From IMG/VR virus record IMGVR_UViG_3300032319_000846, positions 32,001 through 96,000 of that record: 64,000 nt of DNA; one strand, 5' to 3'. Below the pieces are notes generated by a model. The model ran no database searches, was not told where the DNA came from, and saw only the letters and a list, made by a program, of their open reading frames with translations. Source of the DNA: a virus. Its lineage: Duplodnaviria; Caudoviricetes. A program made the translations under genes and the position numbers. This document shows positions 50,501 through 57,200 of the stretch, piece after piece (positions within the stretch are counted from its first letter, which is position 1; every line of letters begins with the position of its first letter).

Positions 50501-51250
50501 AGTATTCTCATTTACAATATTTGATTTTCTAAACTTTCCATCATTTATATCTTTGAAGAAGAGTTCAAGTTTAGTTCTGTTTCTTAGCGAACTATTGAAT
50601 AGTGAGCGTATCCAATTAAAGAATCTTACAAGTAAACTCTTAGCACTTGTTGGAAGAGCTTTAATAGGAAAATCTGCAATTTGTTGTTCTAAAGATGTAA
50701 CAGGATTATATGAATACCAATTAACAAATTTATTAGCAATAGTTTCTTCATAAGCTCTATCCATAGCTTCTCTATCACTCATTTGTGAATAAGTAGTTGG
50801 ATATTTGCTTCGTAAATCTTGTATATACTCTTTAACTGTCGCATTACCAAGCTTACTAATAAGAATTTGCTTTCCTATATTTAAAAATTCCTGCTTTCTA
50901 TCTCCTGTAATTAGAGTTTGAAATATAGCGTGGAAAGCTTCTTCAGCTATTTCCTTTTTTGTTGAATTTTCACCAAAATAAAGAACATTATTAAAAAAAG
51001 CTGCTTTAGCTTCTTTTGGTAATTCTGCTACAATGTTATTAATATTATCAATAGCAAATACACCTTGAGGTAACAAGCGATAGGTTTCCTCGTGTAGTTG
51101 AGAATCTGATAATACTGAAAACTCTGTATTCTCAAAAGCAGAAAGAGAAGGTAGCTCATCTCCATGTTTTACATATTGTTCTACAGTGAACTTTGCTCCA
51201 TATTTTTTACTCCAATCCAGAAAGTTCTGGTCAATTCTGATACATGACAT
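41555..51250 (-). CDS. Virion-packaged RNA polymerase polyprotein (phi14:2 gp66 / crAss-type) with zincin-like and accessory domains
   Basis: GVRIPSQ...SGSDFDIDKLF (DFDID at 46193-46207); KRFGG and ADAQ motifs; HEIVH zincin motif. Confidence 0.9.
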   Translation of the reverse strand: MSCIRIDQNFLDWSKKYGAKFTVEQYVKHGDELPSLSAFENTEFSVLSDSQLHEETYRLLPQGVFAIDNINNIVAELPKEAKAAFFNNVLYFGENSTKKEIAEEAFHAIFQTLITGDRKQEFLNIGKQILISKLGNATVKEYIQDLRSKYPTTYSQMSDREAMDRAYEETIANKFVNWYSYNPVTSLEQQIADFPIKALPTSAKSLLVRFFNWIRSLFNSSLRNRTKLELFFKDINDGKFRKSNIVNENTDKFPTTRLIEFRDENDNKVLLSAQESQEIIRNISQVYLKLKDSVEESEDISIKKSEVMDIVLKGIYDSLPNIALENWKKLAPLLKKETYDDYEEVYTPNPSYNNLKEDVIKYLNDQFNENLDEQDDEESQMQLWSDATSANEKSMEDSMSKWLKAYIGTTGDLVYDEFNNPVFIAIDLGGVSKQVPLIQVVDTNRVYYGLARALSNSQHEGERLKRLKDFSSIEGNSASSSFFNKIMDDVLENPTTASKEAFKASIDEIHQQIKESGYKDIGLINNLEGVREDRKYILQSVLKGFDFWVRDNWVNTIDSKDGKLLSKVFSANSNSVVNNQIGQFKDGLSTFAAAREEKKVVAKGTDISALSNKDYASLFNQYNAFERLKRTFNLQISNHTLKYIIAQRQESTKSKTDEELAAKEEAIRKFFPEYYTFKEYIGEYNIDPIISLFTKTFPQITADEITNWNEAGTSKDLAEINAYFDEALIESSYKNAENKNIYTYQYKTQHLAYLNYFMHNQKWWEDKVDGVTHEYADGKFLESNKPFFTENYYVKKFADKNWKKFLTKLKHISIDGINFNEEANTFGGMTNKDFNVLRLNLAFRQTQRKENGITVRPLLVGVLEAKRTADFVEIIDVKNKITKIIEDENGIPEEVIETQDLFIEGVMTPATENLVKDEIKKEYNRIKEQAAKIAEAIVTLGESIIKTDEKTGEKYILITNALISSNPSVKQKFGDVFEGFHTGRVLPKYNGEGQFIGFNVTKGSPKALEFSDALKGFMENKETETIRKRALENPDLTFANSTITTVASQYELLYQAHLTELRNQGILVGELLPYNPYVKYAELKEYFLSSMLNAIYINQLIHGDNALLYKNDGVDMNKRFGGRNAAIVSMKTGFTNAALGVNTPTAEVRVVVGNEIVQLSGVDNGKIDAADAQTWQSVDMKRKFLHSQNKLTKPVADILTKIEYGVEVSNKEQAYLKKNNIYFNVDKPVGFDGYIYIKTGSMMLTKDVTSIFTGVLTDREGNKISRKELPEKLEDYTAEQIATLLDEKNWKPIKGSEFLHGVRKAMYEHGFDLYAPKSTSKMLTANMYNADYTSSNIKEDVRNSIMKIDADFYGLQMENPAGKLRIFDPSQNQEIVVNELGKLVIIKDGKTKVEIDLLQEYQNLLSQRDSAAFLQATKELYDSKGFRWKNFLSKAQDTLASSGADVQTLTFYTPDANGNKVYNPNMSITLEKFVNLFFSHFSKGVLQQKVAGDALAHVSSFGFKPLKRVVTYKYTNKDGETRDVYSWEVVQRNTEDWKQQLDEASILDFSDNEKNFIYDETDDFEQINFATEDTALVQRLKALGEGAYFIDDLRHNKPRWNVDANGVVNKDKPHLGTFTEAMLPTYNPKIKITNDSRWMQGVRIPSQDKHSAVNIEWVDALPEYYGNTIITAKEIVQLSGSDFDIDKLFLNKPELKEDGTKYTDTWEDYVEFQTSENKALKRIVKGKKKEDVFYNNKKEQIRILLSLRKQYESAFKGYVETYASLDVKKLEEEKEILINQVDDFIEEREEQPSTKKGSYTKKIKKLQTQIEDLEFTIEEKIEQDLEYNPETGNLFAKLKDNRLTTLLRLQELDEIEQDLIELSLKELQLPSTEQEYKESYTKNIGAINNEILEIRQLALTNDETLKAKYFNTEGEQIEKSEYKDEEGYYKVEAIYKTPATQDELKETLANDPDFKNLDIFNKNFVYSIHSWLAQSLSHKNTTTGKKNIAVSVNANLLAIALRRMNVNFLYPTIIKYGEKEVGNSSVKDYVYGGKRLFDMISTLISAATDEAKDQQNAKYNLTIPRLNIMVPLLLQGHSMKVAIAVVNHPSLKGYFNMLSTKENKVQNEAEQKRRYDKDIEILEKLRNVIPISKKEFTQENIISDLKTNISEVGREVVGAAINALKTMEEINPIMDFIKLKRGIGKSTDDWEKLLDSYAKLFPEEMPSEPYTDVHTKIKYFDGQLTNYANILFNNPETALETKMQDLFVHYKPETKEFYQGVKNELKTSNSRRFKEVVDSELMSYLYSKLYYDYLETVNPAKLSIYNEVYDNTKVVVNKIRALLQYIDKNKGDASVEVFEKNTFLNKIKFGANSAARVLEIPTFSKMSGKDQTSLIDGFESLFRSTLNLNITETIDNVEVTVDEKLADELFAYFVVKDGWLFRKGSLSKAISPFFFKEHSAALEDYLSRKFFNEEQMNAAVIDATTAFALNKNNMKYIPQAEDSIVINYKGDSYNIVSVRNEGITVDLEQATALLKKSNENKKEEDKESIFGLFAKNSLLPYIKVVDTNQVFAAPLFLVNDKKLYKLDSVGMLEQGVNGLFGYNTYRDVENIHNYRKQSLRKASYVPVNFVSLGERKTLTTSPKKMQLSIFEKPKEGVSTLKGINIFSKSSDWLGKALTNPTYSKYQIPDSKGNMFDVESIYKANQSLKTAPQLAVEEALKYDMNLMAKLQIQKFLKYPELIQEIDKRGGIEFIENSSHIVGTKNSRWEGKGLESNFIKVLVAAYKKAKEQLSLYTTSKQENSSLIYSQLPIKTQSGNIVIKSVYQKAGVEYAKSIDGVFSLRVDGKNKHFGNPFSSDKKLVEKDGLIKTNSTKESVERYIDWVLNSQEERAQWIREVLKSGVLKNKPIVYYKELGEPSHANALDYLINKYEFETKETIAVKETPQLNEEVENDVNTYVLTEEDFTGFLSNEDVEYNPFDDVEVNNDDFNSDNRNDYLLDYQTGKDDTRPLATDPTLRERIFKGKDVITIKEALQNIQQANNPYFSLLSKVLLTKLPKRSEDIPVKLIPKVGLSKSTERGYYSTGILTGTAPYIEISEKITFPKGNGESTILHEIVHALTFDQINRVESTISQDFVKLYNYVNATMKEDIYGIKDVYEMATEVFTNSDFIKYLKQYPPSEGKKYKNLFDEIVAIISRWFTGTNYTLYDEVVAATTQVIEENFNLKMKKQVQPEITWEDFGGDENITKECLIG

Positions 51251-51251
51251 A

Positions 51252-54200
51252 TTAAAAACAGCTTGCTAAAATATTATTTACTCTTTGTGTTATGTTATTA
51301 TCTTCAATTCTTGTTGTAGGTGTTCTTTGTGTAAAAGCATATTTTACATCCACGTTACCCGTGTCTATTAGTTTATTTAATGCTTTTTTACCTTTTGATG
51401 TATCTCCTAATAATAAATCATTAAGCTTTTTATCTAAAAGTTTATCGTTCATAAAAAACCCCTTTAAATTTGTAATTCCCCAATAAGGAAGAGAATTGAT
51501 ATAAATCACCCCTTGTTCATTTTTTAACAAATTAAATACTTTTTGTTCAATAGTTTCCTCTTTTGTTTTGTTAGAACTATTTCTTTTTATTCTCCACTTA
51601 CCCATAGTATTATCATCTTTAGATAAATTATCAAACAAAAGCTGTTCTTTTAAAGGTAATGTATCTGAAGGATTAGATAACTCAGCCATCTTATATTGAT
51701 TACCCTCTTTAGTAAGTATATATTCAGCTACAGGATTATCAGTATCCACAGAATATACTTGTAATATATCTCCACTTTTAATTTCTTTTGTTTCGGTAGA
51801 TTTATTTATTGTAGGAACAAAAGGAATTTCTTCTCCTGTATTTTCAGCATTAAATTCAATCTCTTCTACTACTTGAGCTACAGGAATAGTTTGAACAGTA
51901 GGTGTAGCTTTTACAATATTAGTTTTAGGAATTAATACCCATCTATCAACATTGTATTGAACAGGAAGAGTATTAGCAACTAAATAAGGTAGTGTAGCTA
52001 AGTCATCTCCTGCTGTATTTTTATCTTTTAAAGATTCTAATAATTCTACTTTTGTTTCTTTTGTAAAATACTTTAATCCTGAATTGTCTTTCTTATCTTT
52101 TTGTTTAATAGCTTGGTCTTTTAATTTTTTTAACAAATCTCCTTGAAAATCTTTTGTGTTTTTATCAATACTGATATAAATAGTTTTTTTAACATCATCT
52201 TGTTTATTAATAGGAACTAAAGAAATAGAAAATTCATATTGTGGTTTATTTAAACTTTTAGGAGCATTAAATCTTAACCCTCCATCTGCTTTGTAATCTT
52301 GAATAGAAATGTAAATTCCATCTACAGAAATCTCTTCTTTAGGATTTTTTTCATTAGCTTTTAAAAAATCAATAACAGCAGAGAGATTTGAAAAATCCTT
52401 TTGTTTTAATGGAACAGATGTAAACAGTTTTTTACCTCCATCCATTCTTGTACTAACTAATTGTCTTCCTTGATGGTTTATCACTTCATTTGTATTAGTT
52501 GATATTTCATTTATTATAGCATTTTCTGCTTCTACATCTGTTATAGGATTGTAGTTTTCATCCAACAAATATACAACACTTTGTTCTGAAAATCCATCTG
52601 TAGGATTAATTACATACACAATGTAATTCTTTCCATCTATCTCATAAGTATTATAAACATACTCTTTTCCTACATTTTGATAATCTGTTTTTCTAAACTC
52701 TGAATCTTTAGTTAAAAATCCATACACCTCATGTTCCAAGTCAAAAGCTTGAGAAAATGAAACACCTTTATTAAGTAAGTTTATTGTGGCTTTATATTTC
52801 TTTACAAAATCATCCCATTGTTTTTGTTCTGTAATTCTTCCGTTAATTCCTAAATCCTTAATCTTCTCAAAGGGTAAATCAATAATAGATTGTCCATTAT
52901 AAGTTACACCATTTTCTCCTTTAATAGAATGTAAAACAAAAGGAAAATCTGTTGGATATGTTCTACCAAGAGTATCCTGTACAAATTGCTTATTAATAAC
53001 AAATGTCCATCTTTGTACATTTCCATTTTGCTGTAATCCATTTCCTAAAGAAGCATTACTTCCTCCATCTTCTCTTATAATCTCTACATTTTCAGCTAAC
53101 ACTTGTTTCCAATTATTAGGAAATTTAAGTTTTAGTTTATTAATAAGAGAAATTTGATGTTGTTTAAATAATGTAGAAAACCATTCTCTTGCTGCTTTTC
53201 TATTCTCTCTGTTATCAAATCCAAATGTAGGAACTTCAGGAAGCTCCCAACTTTTTAAAGCCGAAATATAAGCTTCTACTAAAGCTACAGGGTCTTGTGT
53301 ACCAAATGCTTTAATAGGAGCTATTTCATATAAGAGATTTGTTACATTAGAAATTCCTTTTTCTTCTTCATTTGATTGTAATAAATTTTGAGTGTTTTCT
53401 AAAGGAGTTAAGTTTTTATTATATTTAGAATATATAAAATCAATATCTTTTTTTATAGATACAGCCATATTATACCCTATTAGAAATTGTCTTTGTAAAT
53501 CTCTTTCTGTAGTATTTTTATTTATAACATAATCTTTAATACGAGGTTTAATTGAATACTTATTTATTAAGTTATTTAATTCGTCTTGTATTGCTTTTTC
53601 AATATTAGTTTTTTCATCAATTATAGTAACAACTGCTTTTTTAATTATCTCCCACCCATCAGTTGTTTTTTGAACTATACCATCTTCCAACACAAACATC
53701 TTTGTTGGGGTATAACTTACCTTATCAAACACTACAGAAGCATCAAAAATATTTCTATTTTCTAACATTACTTTTGCAGTTTGTAAAGAAGTATTAGGAA
53801 TTAATTTAGCTGTTCCATCTGCATTTGGAACAATTTGAAAATAGAATTCTTCTCCAGCTTTTCTTTTATAGTCATCATAAAATTTTCCATTTTCATCAGT
53901 TCCTCCATAATAAAGAATACTTCCTTCATTTGATTGTGTAGGTGTTACATCTTTTTTAATTTTATTTAATAAAGGAGTGATTAACTTATCATACCTATCA
54001 TAAATTTCTTTTTTCTTTGCTTCATCATTTGGATTAGACATTGCAGCATATTCTGCTTGCTCTTCTTTTCTATATAGCTCTACTAATTCTACATTATATT
54101 TAGCAATTACTCCTTGTTGTGCTTTTATTACTCTTTCCTTAGATTCTTTTTCTCTATCAAATTTATCAGATTGATAAAATTCTAGCAATTCTTTTTCTAT

Positions 54201-57200
54201 AGGTATTCTTTCTTGTAACCATTCTTTTCTAAATAAATCCACATACTCTTTAATTTTACCTTGTTCAAATTTTTGTTGATTTTCAATCCCTTTAATAGAT
54301 TCAGCTTGTTCTATCAAATCAATAAGTTTTTTAGGTAAATATTTTTCTACTAATTTTCTACCTTGTTCTTTATTAATTATTAAAGCATTGCCTGTTTCAG
54401 GGTCAGTTGCTTGAAATTTTCCATTTTTTTGTTTAGGAAAAATATCCCATTTTTTACCTGTAAATTGAACAAGAACTTCATATTTATCTCCCTTTATTTT
54501 TATTCTATAACCACTAGATTGGTCAGGAGGATAAATATTTAATACCTTTTGTAATCCTAATTCTTCTCTTCTTCTTTCTATATCAGCTTTCTTAGCTTCT
54601 ATTCCAGATTGAGTAGTAGATGTAGATTGTTCTTTAAATAGTAGGGATTCTACTGCTTTTACTAATTCAGGATTTGAATTATTTATTTTCGCTTTTACAT
54701 ATTCTATCGCTATCTTATTTTTCTTAATGGCATTTGTTTTATCTCCTGTTAATTCTGCTAAAGCTAATTTATCTGCATTTGGCATATTCTCTAAAACAGG
54801 TTCTAAGACAGAAGAAATTACTTCTGCCCCTTTCATTAACTTCTGTTGGTCTGAAAGATTTTTATCATTAACAACTTCATCCAACGCTTTAGCCGTACTC
54901 TCTACACTTAATGCAGGGTTATCTACTACACCACTACCTACTTTGGGTGTTTCTTGTATTTTTTTATTTAATGAACCTTTTCCATAAAAAGATTTAGCGT
55001 TATAAATTACATAAAAAGGAGCTATTTTTTCATTATTTTCTCCTAAAACATGATTCAATATTTTAACACCATTAACTGTATTATTATTTTTTTGAAAGTC
55101 TGTAAATAAAACCATTGAATCTCCGGGATTTATATTTAAAGATTCATTAAAATCATCATAATTTTCAGACAATATAAATCCTTGCTTTTTAAGTAATATT
55201 GAAATTTCTTTCCCTGTTTTGTTTGAATCAATCTCAATAAAATCTTTTTCATCAATTTCCCCCTCTATAGGATTTCCATATCTGTTAATTAAAAAAGAGG
55301 TGGAATTAGAAGATACATTTAAGCCATCTCCAAATTGACTTATTTGTTTTTTTCCTCTTTGAAAATTATTAAAATCAAAATCTTTAATAGGTGTTTTGGT
55401 ATGATGATAAACAGTTACTATTTTAGATTGTGTAAAAGATTTAGCTTTATTAACAGTAATTCCATCTCTCAATAAATTTTCTACAAACCCTTCCTCTAAT
55501 TCATATACAGGAACATTTCCTAATGTAGCTTTATTCTTCTTGTTTACAATTAAATCTATTGTTGTAAATTTAGAAAGTACATTAAGATTTGAAAACAACA
55601 CTACACTGTTTTTATTTTCTTTAATTACATCTATAAGTAGATTCTTGACGTTTTCACTTTCTGCTTCTGAAAAATTAATTCCTGCATTTGTTAATACACC
55701 AATATAACCAGATGTTTCAAGTGTATTAATTTGTTTGTTATATTTTTCATTAATTTTATTTTCAACTTCTTCTTTAGAAACAACATTATCATAACTAAAA
55801 ACATTTGAACCATCAGAAGCTCTCCAAGCATAAGAGGTTTTACCTCCACTTATTCTTTTAATTCCACTTATAGATTCTAATTCTTTTTTTCTTCTCCTCT
55901 CTATTTCTTCAACAGTAAAAGATAATAAAGGATATTTCTCCTGTAAGTATTTTACAATTCTATCATCTGCTTCAATAACAGGAACATTTGGACTATACTT
56001 ACTGACAAAATCACTTTTACCACTACCTGCTTCTGCATATATAAGAATTCCTCTTTCACTACCTTCTTTTCTAAGATTTAAAATAGATGGATGTATTTGA
56101 AATTCGGGTTTTGTTTTATCTGCTTGTGGAAGCTCTACATCCCATTCATCCTGTGTACTGATTTCAACAGGTGAAACCCCTAATGCTTTATTTAATTCTG
56201 CAAGAGTTTGAAAGCTTTGTGTTGGAACAATATTTATAGGTGAAAAGAGTAATTTACTTAAATATCCTTTTCCATCAGGTTTTAATGGATAATAATTCTT
56301 ATCTGTAAACTCTCCATTTTCGTAAGAATTAGTATTTCTACCATATCCTTTTCCATCTGCAATAAAATAAACATTCACTCCTTTTATAGGCTCTACAATT
56401 TTTGTTGATGAAGGAAGAAGGGTTATTTTAGTTTTATCATAAAGGATTTTAGTAATTGGTCTTTTTACTTTTCCATCAGCTTGTAATTCCTGTATATATT
56501 CTTTTCCTTTTTCAGGAATAATTTTCCAGAACTTACCACTATACTCATAAAAATTTGCTTTTTCATTTACTTTAACAGCTTCTACTTGGTCTTTTTTTAC
56601 CTGCTTTATCTGCTCTTTAGCAATTGCTTCAGGAATATCTTTAGAATTATTTTCTGCAACAATTCCATTAAGAATATCATCATCTAAATTAGAGGATTTT
56701 ATAACATCTTTATTTTCTTCTATTTTCTTTTCAAGTTCCTTTTTATTTGTAACATCACTAAAGAATGCCTCTCTATCTTTAATAAAAGTTTCAAACCCTG
56801 ATTGTTTGTCAAGAGCTTTATAAATCAATTCTGTTTGTTTAATACTTCTATCTAACAATCCCAAATCAAATGCTCTTTGTAATTTATCAGGAATATCATC
56901 AACAGTTTCCTGTGTAAACGCTTCAAATGTAGCTCTCACAGCATCTACATATTCTTCCTCATTTTTTACATCTAAATTCTTTTTAGCATTTTCAAGAGCT
57001 TCTAATTGTGTAAGTTTCAAAGTTTCAAGATTTCTATTAAAAGCTCCAGCTTCTCCTGAAAGAGGAATAGCATTAATAGCAGCAATTTCTCCTTTTAGTG
57101 TTGTAATTTTACTATCAATAAGCGTTTTAAACTCAGAAAGAGATTCAGATGCAAGTTTAAAGAAATCTTTATATTGTCCTAATTCAGAAGCTATTTCATT

